A stretch of 64,000 nt of DNA from a virus. The stretch lies in the IMG/VR virus record IMGVR_UViG_3300036406_001149; one strand, given 5' to 3'. Position 1 is the stretch's first letter. The number at the start of each line of letters is the position of its first letter. Below are positions 9,112 to 18,120 of the stretch, piece by piece. Position numbers and translations under genes: made by a program. The notes below the pieces were generated by a model. That model did no database searches. It was not told the DNA's origin and saw only the letters and a program-made list of their open reading frames with translations.

Positions 9112-10224
9112 TTATGTTTTATAGATACACCTTATCATATCTTTGGCTACTTTATTCCAAGATAAATTTTGAGCCGTTTTTAATCCAGCTGCATTTGTTC
9201 GAATCTTGTTCTTATAAACATATCTCATATATTCAATAGCTTGGTCTTTTTCTTTTTCTCCAATTTTTGCCCAATTACCCGTTCCATGAAACCATTTTCC
9301 GTCATAAGCCTTTTCTAGTTCTGTAATATCTATCAAAAAAGCATTATCTTTATTACAAAATTCTGTATGGGCACTATAGTTTGTTGTGATAATTGGTTTA
9401 TTTAGAGCCATCATCTCTAACAAATCTAGATTCCATCCTTCTCCCCTAGACATAAAAATTCCACAATCTGCATTAGATGCAATTTTTGCTAAATCCAGTT
9501 GTGTAGGTAATCTTGGTATAATACGTATCTTATCTTTTAATTTAGAAGAACTATAATAACTGTGCCATTCTTCCAATTCTTTAGAAGTAAAGCAGGATTT
9601 ATCTGATGAACCTGCTATCCATAGCTGGACATTATCTGTTTTGTCAAAAGCACTATCAAATAATTCTAATAAAACATCATGTCCTTTTCTAATTTCCCAT
9701 TTACCAATATTCATAAAAATAAATGGATCAGAATCTTCTTTTTCTGTACAGAAGTTGTAATCAAAAATATCTGTATCTACTCCTAGATTTACTATTTCAA
9801 TAGGTCTATCAATGCCATTTGATAACAAAATATCTTTAGCCCATTGACAAGATACTATGAGTTTATCAGGTATGGATAGGTGTTGTTTTTCTAGCGTGCT
9901 TAGAGTATCTAATTCAAAAAATGGATAAGCTATATATTCGCCTGTTCCAATACGTTCTAATAAATCAAACTGATGCCAGATTTTTAGACATTTAGATTCT
10001 TTATTAATGGGTTTATGTAATATTTTTTGTAGAATTTCTTTATCTGTTGGGCGATAAAACTCCACATTTTGTAAACCTGCTATATCACTTTTTTGAGCAA
10101 GTATAGGGTATAGTGCTATGTCTACATCATTCGTGTAAAGATACTTAGAAAAATGCCATCCAGCATTACCGTATCCTGTAAAAAATACAGGACAATGCAT
10201 AATCAATTGTTCTTTGTTGTTCAT
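9112..10224 (-). CDS. GT-B glycosyltransferase (GT4-like)
   Basis: FMNIGKWEIRKGHDVL, SRGEGWNLDLLEMMA (ExxxxxxxE), PIITTNYSA. Confidence 0.85.
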   Translation of the reverse strand: MNNKEQLIMHCPVFFTGYGNAGWHFSKYLYTNDVDIALYPILAQKSDIAGLQNVEFYRPTDKEILQKILHKPINKESKCLKIWHQFDLLERIGTGEYIAYPFFELDTLSTLEKQHLSIPDKLIVSCQWAKDILLSNGIDRPIEIVNLGVDTDIFDYNFCTEKEDSDPFIFMNIGKWEIRKGHDVLLELFDSAFDKTDNVQLWIAGSSDKSCFTSKELEEWHSYYSSSKLKDKIRIIPRLPTQLDLAKIASNADCGIFMSRGEGWNLDLLEMMALNKPIITTNYSAHTEFCNKDNAFLIDITELEKAYDGKWFHGTGNWAKIGEKEKDQAIEYMRYVYKNKIRTNAAGLKTAQNLSWNKVAKDMIRCIYKT

Positions 10225-10228
10225 ATAA

Positions 10229-11281
10229 TTATTTATATAGAGTATTGTGAGTATTGTTAACTAAAATAAACGTTGTTTTTTTACCAAAATCTTTAATTTT
10301 GTTTGCTCCAATATATGTACAAGAACTACGTAATCCTCCGCAAATATCTTGTATAACATCTTTAGCAAACCCTTTATAGTCTACTGTTACACACTTGCCT
10401 TCTGCTGTTCTATAGTCTGCTACCCCATTATGGTGTTTGTTCATAGCATTAACGCTACTCATACCATAGTATTTGAGAGTAATTTTATTTCCAAGTTCAT
10501 AAGTCCATTCTCCTTCGCACTCGTCACATCCAGCAAACATGCTTCCTAGCATGACAAAATCAGCATTACCCCCAAAAGCTTTACATATGTCTCCGACCAC
10601 CTTGCATCCTCCGTCGCTACAAATATGTCCTCCTAAGCCGTGGGCCGCGTCCGAACATTCCATCACAGCACTTAATTGTGGGTATCCCACGCCAGTTTTT
10701 AAACGAGTGGTACATACACTGCCTGAGCCTATACCGACCTTGACTATATCTACGCCTCCATGGATAATAAGTTCTTCAGTCATTTCTGGAGTAACAACAT
10801 TTCCAGCCATAATAATAGCATCAGGAAATAGAGACCTAAGCTGGCGAGCTGTCTTTACAAATTGTTCAGTATATCCATTCGCTACATCTAAACAAATATT
10901 GGGATATGGTGTTGTATTCTGAATTCTAGAGAATACTGATATACTTTTTTGTATGTCTTTATCACTTGTTCCAACAGAGTAAAATACTAGATCCTTATTA
11001 AGAAACTCTTCTTTAAAAAAATCTACATACTGTTGTTCAGAATAGTGTTTATGTAGACATGTTATTGCTCCTTCTTTCGCTAGAGCTTTAGCCATTTCAA
11101 ATGTCCCCACAGTATCCATATTGGCGACCATAATGGGTATCACTGTTAGTTTCCTATTAGAATATTTAAATTTAAATTCTCTTCTAATATTAACTTCTGA
11201 TCTACTGTTTAATGCTGATCTTTTGGGTCTAATTAATACGTCGTCAAAATCTAATTTAGTATCATTAATAATTTTTTGCAT
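10229..11281 (-). CDS. guaC: GMP reductase
   Basis: KLDFDDVLIRPKRS, VKVGIGSGSVCTTR (catalytic Cys), SDGGC, YYGMSS, YRTAEGK; 350 aa with no CBS domains. Confidence 0.92.
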   Translation of the reverse strand: MQKIINDTKLDFDDVLIRPKRSALNSRSEVNIRREFKFKYSNRKLTVIPIMVANMDTVGTFEMAKALAKEGAITCLHKHYSEQQYVDFFKEEFLNKDLVFYSVGTSDKDIQKSISVFSRIQNTTPYPNICLDVANGYTEQFVKTARQLRSLFPDAIIMAGNVVTPEMTEELIIHGGVDIVKVGIGSGSVCTTRLKTGVGYPQLSAVMECSDAAHGLGGHICSDGGCKVVGDICKAFGGNADFVMLGSMFAGCDECEGEWTYELGNKITLKYYGMSSVNAMNKHHNGVADYRTAEGKCVTVDYKGFAKDVIQDICGGLRSSCTYIGANKIKDFGKKTTFILVNNTHNTLYK

Positions 11282-11287
11282 AACTTA

Positions 11288-11536
11288 CTACCTAATGCAC
11301 GGAGCGGTTTGAGTGAAAAGCATACCTCGTAAATAAACATTAAAATCAAATCTCTCTATTGGAATATTGTGATAATTACAATGAAATCTAAGAATTGATT
11401 CGGGATGTAATTTTTGTTCTAATTTTCCTAAATATAGAGGTAAAAAATCAAATAAACTAGCATAGCTCTTCATAACATTATATGAGCCGTAGGCAAACAA
11501 ATCAAGTAAGCCCCATACTGCCCATTGGTGTATCAT
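11288..11536 (-). pseudogene. C-terminal remnant of a glycosyltransferase-like gene
   Basis: DLFAYGSYNVMKSY...HPESILRFH looks like the end of a phage GT-like protein; its 5' end is replaced by the divergent promoter of the plus-strand cassette. Confidence 0.45.
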
Positions 11537-11538
11537 AT
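11527..11538 (+). promoter_or_regulatory. Class II promoter motif GGTGTATCATAT
   Basis: On the plus strand, about 50 nt ahead of the plus-strand GT cassette. Confidence 0.5.
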
Positions 11539-11587
11539 ATTAAGAAATACCCGTTTAACTAAATCTTTTAATGAATGGTTATAATTT

Positions 11588-12229
11588 ATGGTTTTCACTA
11601 TAGCAACTGTTTGTGTGAATTATCTGGATTTCCTAGCTTCGGCCTATAAAGAAAATGCAGAAGCTTTGTCTGGTCATGATTATTGGGTAATTACAGATAG
11701 TAAAGATATTAAAACTCAAGAATTTTGTTCTACCAATAATATTAGCTGTCATGTCACTGATTCTTTTTACAAGAACGGAGATACCTTCAACAAGGGTGCT
11801 GCTATTAATAGCCTTTTTCTGAGTGGTAAAATAGACATAAATAGTATGGAATGGGTGCTGATGTTGGATGCTGATATTGTTGTCAAAAATCTTATACACA
11901 TAGCTTGGCATTTTGATAAAGATAAGGATTGCTTATATGGTTGTGGTAGAAAGATTTATAACACAAGAAACGATTATGCAAACAGAAACTTTGCTCAGGA
12001 TATGTGTCATTTTTTGGGGTATTTTCAGCTATTCCATAAAGACAAAATACTTAAATACTTAAGTGATAATCAGGGTTTTTTGCATGAATTTAGAAATGGA
12101 TCTTATTATGATCTTGAATTTGCTCAAAGGTTTGACTGTCAAAAATGCTTGCCTGGAGACGTTGATCATTTAGGGCCAGTATATTTAAATTGGGATGGTA
12201 GAATATCTCAATTATGGGAAAGCGAATAA
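11588..12229 (+). CDS. GT-A fold glycosyltransferase
   Basis: FNKGAAIN, WVLMLDADIV (DxD), GYFQLF, HLG. Confidence 0.7.
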   Translation: MVFTIATVCVNYLDFLASAYKENAEALSGHDYWVITDSKDIKTQEFCSTNNISCHVTDSFYKNGDTFNKGAAINSLFLSGKIDINSMEWVLMLDADIVVKNLIHIAWHFDKDKDCLYGCGRKIYNTRNDYANRNFAQDMCHFLGYFQLFHKDKILKYLSDNQGFLHEFRNGSYYDLEFAQRFDCQKCLPGDVDHLGPVYLNWDGRISQLWESE

Positions 12230-12891
12230 TGAAAGTTTTAATATACTCTACAGATTTGAACCATGGAAATATAAGACACCTAACTTCTTCATTGGGTGCG
12301 GAAATTTTACCAATTATACTACCATGGACTATGGACTTTTATCCAAAATCATATTCAGTAACCCAATATATCTCTGAGATGGATCCGGAAAATTTGATAT
12401 TAGTTTGTGATGCTTATGACGTATTGTGTTTAAATAATTGTTCTCTAGATAAGCTTGAGGAAAAAATAAGGTTCGATTTTGATTTAGATAAAATAACCTT
12501 TAATGCAGAGACGAGCTGTTACCCTGACTGGAGATTGGCTAAAGATTATCCTGTAGTAGATAGTAAATGGAAATATTTAAATGGTGGAATATATGTTGGT
12601 AAAGTTAAAAATATCATGTTTATGATGGATCAAGTACTACCAAAAATAAAAGGGTCTGATGAACAATTAGAATTTTCTAAATTTTTTATATCTAATCAAC
12701 ATTTACTAGCTCTTGATTATGAATGTAAAATATTTCAAACTCTTTATAATGGTTCTGTTGGTGGTGACATAGACATGTCTGATTTTTTAATTCAAGATAA
12801 TTTAGTCTATAATAAGCATTTTAATACGCTTCCGTTGCTTTTCCACGGAAACGGAAAAGTTAATATGACTAATTTAGTTCAATATTCTTGA
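12214..12891 (+). CDS. PLOD/LH3-type glycosyltransferase domain protein
   Basis: CDAYDV, FNAETSCYPD, KYLNGGIYVG, DEQ, LDYECKIFQTL, PLLFHGNG. Confidence 0.75.
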   Translation: MGKRIMKVLIYSTDLNHGNIRHLTSSLGAEILPIILPWTMDFYPKSYSVTQYISEMDPENLILVCDAYDVLCLNNCSLDKLEEKIRFDFDLDKITFNAETSCYPDWRLAKDYPVVDSKWKYLNGGIYVGKVKNIMFMMDQVLPKIKGSDEQLEFSKFFISNQHLLALDYECKIFQTLYNGSVGGDIDMSDFLIQDNLVYNKHFNTLPLLFHGNGKVNMTNLVQYS

Positions 12892-13507
12892 AGAGAAGAC
12901 CTCTGTTTAAAAAATGAAAATGAAATCTTCCATTGTCTTGTAGCTCTTTATCTTTAACTGCTTCGTTTCTTAATTCGTTTGTTTCTTCCTTAAGGAAAAC
13001 AAGGTTGTTTTTTGACAAAGCATTAATCCAATATTCTTGAGTATTACAATTTACATGATGGTGTCCAGGTTGTCCCAGGTCTGCATATGTCATACATAAA
13101 TATTTGCACTTTTTAAAATCTGTCATAAAATTTATTATGTATTTTTCTTCAATATGTTCTACAAATTCACAAGACCATCCTAAATCAAAGGTTTTATCTA
13201 TATTGGTCATGCCTCTTGAATAATCGTGAGTAATTAAGTTTTCTGGAATTAATGATGATTGAGCAGCATTTACGCTTCCGTCAACTCCCGTTATTTCACA
13301 TCCAATACTCTTGAAGTATAAAGAAGAAAAACCCCTACCACATCCTATATCCAAAACAGTTTTTATATCATATTTATTTACCAGATATGACCACATGTTT
13401 GGATAATAAGTTCCACCATCTCCTTGATCAAAAAATCCTCCTAAATGACCTTCAAGTATCATGTTTCCTAGTTTTTGTGATTTGATATCCCCTAAATTAG
13501 ACATCAT
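12869..13507 (-). CDS. Class I SAM-dependent methyltransferase
   Basis: VLDIGCGRG, FDLGWSCEFVEHI; GGAGA RBS. Confidence 0.85.
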   Translation of the reverse strand: MMSNLGDIKSQKLGNMILEGHLGGFFDQGDGGTYYPNMWSYLVNKYDIKTVLDIGCGRGFSSLYFKSIGCEITGVDGSVNAAQSSLIPENLITHDYSRGMTNIDKTFDLGWSCEFVEHIEEKYIINFMTDFKKCKYLCMTYADLGQPGHHHVNCNTQEYWINALSKNNLVFLKEETNELRNEAVKDKELQDNGRFHFHFLNRGLLFKNIELN

Positions 13508-14133
13508 AGATCTCCTTCATCATGGAATGCTACAACCGAAAAATCATAGTCTGTTTCTTTTACTCTGTCGTATCCTATATCAATACAGTGTTTAAAAATT
13601 CTAAGCAAAGCATCATCGAATTCTTGGTCTGTGCTAAATTGCATAGCATCTGGAGGAGCTTTGCGTTCTGTTACACTTTTTTGTATTGCTCTTTTTCCAA
13701 AACTAATACCTGCATATTTCTCATAGTCCCTTAAAGTCCTTTCTGTTCCAAAACCATAAGGACCAAAATCTATATCTCTTTTTCCTCCGTACATTTCAAA
13801 TAGTTTGCGATTACGAAGATGGCACTCATTGTTAGGATTGCCCCATACAGGATCATCGTCCCATTGTTTTGATCGGCCTTTTCTAGTATATTCATGCCAG
13901 CACACTACCTTGTGCGGGTGATAAATATCATAACCGTGAGTATAAGCTCTAGCTGCTATGCTAATTTCTTCACCGTGGAAATAGTAGTTGGGATCATGTG
14001 TAACTTCTTTACAGAATTGCCCAACAGTAAAAGCAAAATGAGCACTATAAAAACGTCCTAATAAAGGCTTGTCTTTATCATCCCATAGATCGACTAACAC
14101 TCCATCCATATCAAAAATAATTAATTTAATCAT
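13504..14133 (-). pseudogene. Chimera of a HAD-phosphatase N-terminus and an internal fragment of a Skp1-type GlcNAc transferase (Gnt1-like)
   Basis: MIKLIIFDMDGVLVD (HAD motif I) joined to RFYSAHFAFT...YFHGEEISIAARAYTHGYDIYHP...WHEY. Confidence 0.65.
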
Positions 14134-14840
14134 GATAATAAATCATCTGATGTGAATGGAGATCTATGATTATCATAATGCCATCCAGCCGAAGGAACCC
14201 ATGTGCCGTCTTCCGCCCCTATATTTTGTATACGAGATATCATAGGTTTAACCTGATATAATTTATTTGGAATAAAAATATTATCATTAATATGACTATC
14301 CCAAGATATAGAACTATTTTCTTTATTGCAAGTTTGAATCCAATTATCTAATAATATATCTGCTTTATGTTTCCAGAAAGCAGCACCCCAACACGTAAAA
14401 TGATTTTGTTGTTCTATCTTAGAAAAATCTGATTTATTATCTAAGTCTAAGGAGATTGTTCTGTTATATCCTGTAACAGACACTATTGAACTATCATCAT
14501 GAAACATTTTTAACATATCTACAAAGAATTTAATAGCGTCCTTTGACATGACAGTATCATCTTCGATATGTATCACGGAATCTTTGATAGATAGTCCATA
14601 AGATATTGCGTTCCTAGTGTTTTGATTGCATCCTACAGAAGGATTGTTTATTAGCATATGAATTTCGGTCCAATCTATAGATTTCACTAAAGTTGGAATT
14701 TCTTCAGAGTAATAGTCTATAGATATATAAATCGGAAGATAAGTTCTACAATAATCCATACTATTTTTTATAGAATTCAGAACAGTTTTAAAATAGTTCG
14801 TTCTTTTAAAAGCTGTCATTGTTATAGCTGTGTTGGTCAT
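14130..14840 (-). CDS. GT-A fold glycosyltransferase
   Basis: TAFKR, IHIEDD (DxD-like), FTCWG, SRIQNIG. Confidence 0.75.
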   Translation of the reverse strand: MTNTAITMTAFKRTNYFKTVLNSIKNSMDYCRTYLPIYISIDYYSEEIPTLVKSIDWTEIHMLINNPSVGCNQNTRNAISYGLSIKDSVIHIEDDTVMSKDAIKFFVDMLKMFHDDSSIVSVTGYNRTISLDLDNKSDFSKIEQQNHFTCWGAAFWKHKADILLDNWIQTCNKENSSISWDSHINDNIFIPNKLYQVKPMISRIQNIGAEDGTWVPSAGWHYDNHRSPFTSDDLLS

Positions 14841-15370
14841 TGCTGATCTCTAATTACTTTTTTTGTCATACCAGCAAAATATCTAGATCCATAATTAGTA
14901 AAAATTTCTTGATTAGCAGATATATCTACAGAGGCTACAATGTCTACATATAAATCTTTATGATTAAATTTCATTTCGGCATTATTTTGATCCTGATGAT
15001 TATAAATCATTCCGTGACCAAGTACCATATACATAACGAATCCGTGACTCTTACAGTCTGCACAATCACACAATGGTTTGCTATAACAGTATTTCCATAT
15101 AGCTCTGTCCCCTATATATTTAGATCTAAATTCTAGAGGAACAAGTGGGCAACGCTCTATAAGTTCAAACTGTTTAATATTTTCTGTTGCATAGACTCCT
15201 ATTCCTCCAATAGTAGAGTGTCCCAATTTGGTTTTATGGATGTCAATAAACTCATACGGAGGATTTGTAATTAATGTATTTGAGGACACATATTCTATCG
15301 ACGGTGATGAATCTGGGTTCGGGGGCAACTCATAATGATTATCTTGAATATTTTTTTGTGTTTCAGACAT
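14837..15370 (-). CDS. SET-domain lysine methyltransferase
   Basis: IGGIGVYATENI, GMIYNHQ (NH motif), DISANQEIFTNYG. Confidence 0.8.
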   Translation of the reverse strand: MSETQKNIQDNHYELPPNPDSSPSIEYVSSNTLITNPPYEFIDIHKTKLGHSTIGGIGVYATENIKQFELIERCPLVPLEFRSKYIGDRAIWKYCYSKPLCDCADCKSHGFVMYMVLGHGMIYNHQDQNNAEMKFNHKDLYVDIVASVDISANQEIFTNYGSRYFAGMTKKVIRDQQ

Positions 15371-15917
15371 TTTTAAAGAAGTACCATCTATTAAGGGTGT
15401 TTATATTTTGATCACTATTGATATGTTTTAAATACTCATGCAGTTCTGGCCAACTAGAAAAGAATAGACAATGAGGTATGGTTCCAAACAGCCAGTCAGG
15501 GGTAAGCTTTTTACCTTGTTCTATGTGAATTATTATAGGTTTCTTCTGTCTGTTTGCCAAAAAAATTTCTTCTAATGTTCCGCACGGATGTGTGTCTATA
15601 TCAAGATTTACAACTAAAAAATCACAAATATCAACCATTCTAAGATCAACAGATCTAATGGTTTTCATTAATTTAGTCAATTCATCATACTGACCATTTG
15701 ATTTTAATTGTTGTTTATACTGGATAATATCTGGTGTTTCTAGGCCAACATCTGTTGGTTTTTTAAGTGGATTAAATACGGATACTCCAAAATTTTCTAA
15801 AATCGGAGTAATATTATCTCTCCACGTAGCACCCCTATCCTTCACACGATCCATCGCTCCTGCTAAATAACATCTTTGACCATTCAGTCTATTAAGAGTT
15901 GGCTTTATAGAGTCCAT
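15363..15917 (-). CDS. Nucleoside 2-deoxyribosyltransferase-like protein
   Basis: CYLAGAM, VFNP, DLRMVDICDFLVV, GTLEEIFLA. Confidence 0.75.
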   Translation of the reverse strand: MDSIKPTLNRLNGQRCYLAGAMDRVKDRGATWRDNITPILENFGVSVFNPLKKPTDVGLETPDIIQYKQQLKSNGQYDELTKLMKTIRSVDLRMVDICDFLVVNLDIDTHPCGTLEEIFLANRQKKPIIIHIEQGKKLTPDWLFGTIPHCLFFSSWPELHEYLKHINSDQNINTLNRWYFFKNV

Positions 15918-15976
15918 GTAAAAATCCTAAAATAATACTAATTATTAGTGCATAATAATATATGATATTCATGTGA

Positions 15977-16261
15977 TTACAGCTTATAAGCAGGATCCAT
16001 ATATACTACTACTCCGTTATTGTTCATAGGATTTAAAATTTCTACCCTTGTTATATCATCTACTTCGTATAACTCATTAACAATTTTGGGAATGTCTTGT
16101 GGTCCTGGATTTGTAAAACCCTTAACAATATTGTTGATATTATCAAAATATACTCCCATTCCACTAGGATCGTCTGCTGTCGGAGTTTTTTTTGTGTAAA
16201 CCTTTACTGTCATGCTGCCTAGATTAAAATTACTAATCATCTCGTGAGGTAGATCTAACAT
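15977..16261 (-). CDS. Hypothetical protein
   Basis: ORF track. Confidence 0.55.
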   Translation of the reverse strand: MLDLPHEMISNFNLGSMTVKVYTKKTPTADDPSGMGVYFDNINNIVKGFTNPGPQDIPKIVNELYEVDDITRVEILNPMNNNGVVVYMDPAYKL

Positions 16262-16276
16262 AATTATCTTTTTCCT

Positions 16277-16819
16277 TTATGGTTTAATAAAAAAGCGTAA
16301 AGACGTTGTTCCAAAAACGTCATGAAATATATCTTGAATAAATAGCCAGTTGGCACCTGATGATACGGAACCCAATTTGGGACAATATATATCCATACCA
16401 ACACCATCTTTACTAGACACGAATCTGTTACAGTAGTTGCGAATATCTGTTAAGCAAAAAGATAATCCTACATAATGAAACGGTCTTGGGTTTGTCTTAC
16501 TCTTAGATCCATCGTGACATATCATGTTAGCAATAATAATTTTATTATAGTTAACTGATTCTACTTCTACGTATTGTACGTGTCCCAATCTCATCTGGTT
16601 CTTACTCAACATCTGAAAATTTGGTAATAGTTGAGGATATACTGATGATAGAACATTTGAAAATGAGGAACAAACAAAGCTAGTATTACTACAAGGATTA
16701 AGAATCAAAATAGAAGTTTTACTATTTTTAGCAGAAATGGCGGCTCGGGCGCTCTGTAAAATGTCTTCTCTATATAACCTATATAGATTATATGACTTAT
16801 TTGTGTCTTCTTTAAGCAT
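16277..16819 (-). CDS. Degenerate macrodomain protein
   Basis: IIIANMIC and IYCPKLGS...GANWLFIQDI match macrodomain C-terminal motifs; Gly loops are eroded. Confidence 0.55.
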   Translation of the reverse strand: MLKEDTNKSYNLYRLYREDILQSARAAISAKNSKTSILILNPCSNTSFVCSSFSNVLSSVYPQLLPNFQMLSKNQMRLGHVQYVEVESVNYNKIIIANMICHDGSKSKTNPRPFHYVGLSFCLTDIRNYCNRFVSSKDGVGMDIYCPKLGSVSSGANWLFIQDIFHDVFGTTSLRFFIKP

Positions 16820-16878
16820 AATTTTCCTAAAATATAATTTGTCCTAAACTATACCTCTAAAATAAAACCTTAGAGATC

Positions 16879-17061
16879 TTACATATACTGATCCCAATCT
16901 TTTAACATCTCGTCTGTTAATTCTTCCTCGTACAACTCCAATTTTCTCTGCTTAAACTGATTTTTGCTTTTGCGAACATCTTTATCTTCGCCGTGCTTAT
17001 CAGAAAAATGGATTTTTTTCGATTTGATTTTGTGTTGAGGCTTGTTATTGTCTGTGCTCAT
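16879..17061 (-). CDS. Small charged protein
   Basis: First gene after the promoter at 17068-17095. Confidence 0.6.
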   Translation of the reverse strand: MSTDNNKPQHKIKSKKIHFSDKHGEDKDVRKSKNQFKQRKLELYEEELTDEMLKDWDQYM

Positions 17062-17067
17062 ATTCGT

Positions 17068-17095
17068 ATTATACGTTAAAAAATAGTATAGTCAA
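17068..17095 (-). promoter_or_regulatory. Sigma70-type promoter TTGACT-16-TATAAT
   Basis: Direct match upstream of ATG 17061. Confidence 0.65.
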
Positions 17096-17116
17096 GTGGT
17101 CGGGTGTCGTATCTAT

Positions 17117-18118
17117 TTATAATATATTAGCTGCTATCAAACACCCTTTGGCTACCGCATGTAAGGGGTCTGTGGAGTGTCTGACCTCTTTAATTTCCAC
17201 CGGGAAATCATTATTCAGTAGTTGCTTACTTAGTTGTTCTATGTACCCTTTGGCTTGAGAAGTTCCTCCGGCCACAACTATGGTCAATGGGTTTTTAAAT
17301 TTTGGTAAAGCTTTATGATTTTTTAATGCGTGTGCTAAATTTTTAGCAGTATATTCTATAAGTCTTTCATAATATACCGACACAGCTGCTAGAATTGTGT
17401 TTTCGTTTGCAACACCTATTTCAAAATTACCTCCTTCTTTTTCAACTTGAACAACACTGTCTGGTTCTCCTGTTGCTATAGCGCTCATTCGGTCTATCCA
17501 ATCACCAGATTTAGTAGTGCTAAAAACAACTGTTGGTTCTCCATTTAACATAACACATACGTTGGTCATTCCTGCTCCACAACTGATGCCTATTCCAGTA
17601 TAATCATCAGATTCAAGTTCGGCATAACATAGTGCTTCTGCTTCATTAATTGAACGAGGAGAATACCCGCACTCTGCTAAAATATTTTTTACTACATCTT
17701 CATGATACCCTACATCAAAATCATCGTCTTCTTGGTCTACTGGTTGTGCCGGAATACAAAATACTAATTTTTCATTTTCTTCTTGTGCTTGTCCAGCCAC
17801 TTCTTTTAAAATAAAAGCCAAAATTCTTTTTGCGTCTTTTTCTTTGGCAGAAACTACGCCCCTATACATTGGTCTTTTTGCTGTATCATTACGTTCTATA
17901 GCTTTTTCTATAGCGTCTTTACCCAAAAGAATAAAAGCTCCATCAGTATCTTTGATAAAAGTCTTACCAGATAATCCCTTCTCTATCATTTTGGTAGCAA
18001 CTGGGGTTGTTGGCTTGATAATATAAAAAGCGTCTCTAAAGTCTTTATAAACAATATTGTTGTCTATTTCTTTAGACAATACGATATAACTTGTTCCTAC
18101 ATCTAAACCAGCAGCCAT
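17117..18118 (-). CDS. Actin/MreB/ParM-family ATPase
   Basis: Phosphate-1 GLDVGTSYI, connect NEAEA, phosphate-2 SCGAGMTNV, adenosine VAGGTS. Confidence 0.8.
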   Translation of the reverse strand: MAAGLDVGTSYIVLSKEIDNNIVYKDFRDAFYIIKPTTPVATKMIEKGLSGKTFIKDTDGAFILLGKDAIEKAIERNDTAKRPMYRGVVSAKEKDAKRILAFILKEVAGQAQEENEKLVFCIPAQPVDQEDDDFDVGYHEDVVKNILAECGYSPRSINEAEALCYAELESDDYTGIGISCGAGMTNVCVMLNGEPTVVFSTTKSGDWIDRMSAIATGEPDSVVQVEKEGGNFEIGVANENTILAAVSVYYERLIEYTAKNLAHALKNHKALPKFKNPLTIVVAGGTSQAKGYIEQLSKQLLNNDFPVEIKEVRHSTDPLHAVAKGCLIAANIL

Positions 18119-18120
18119 AA

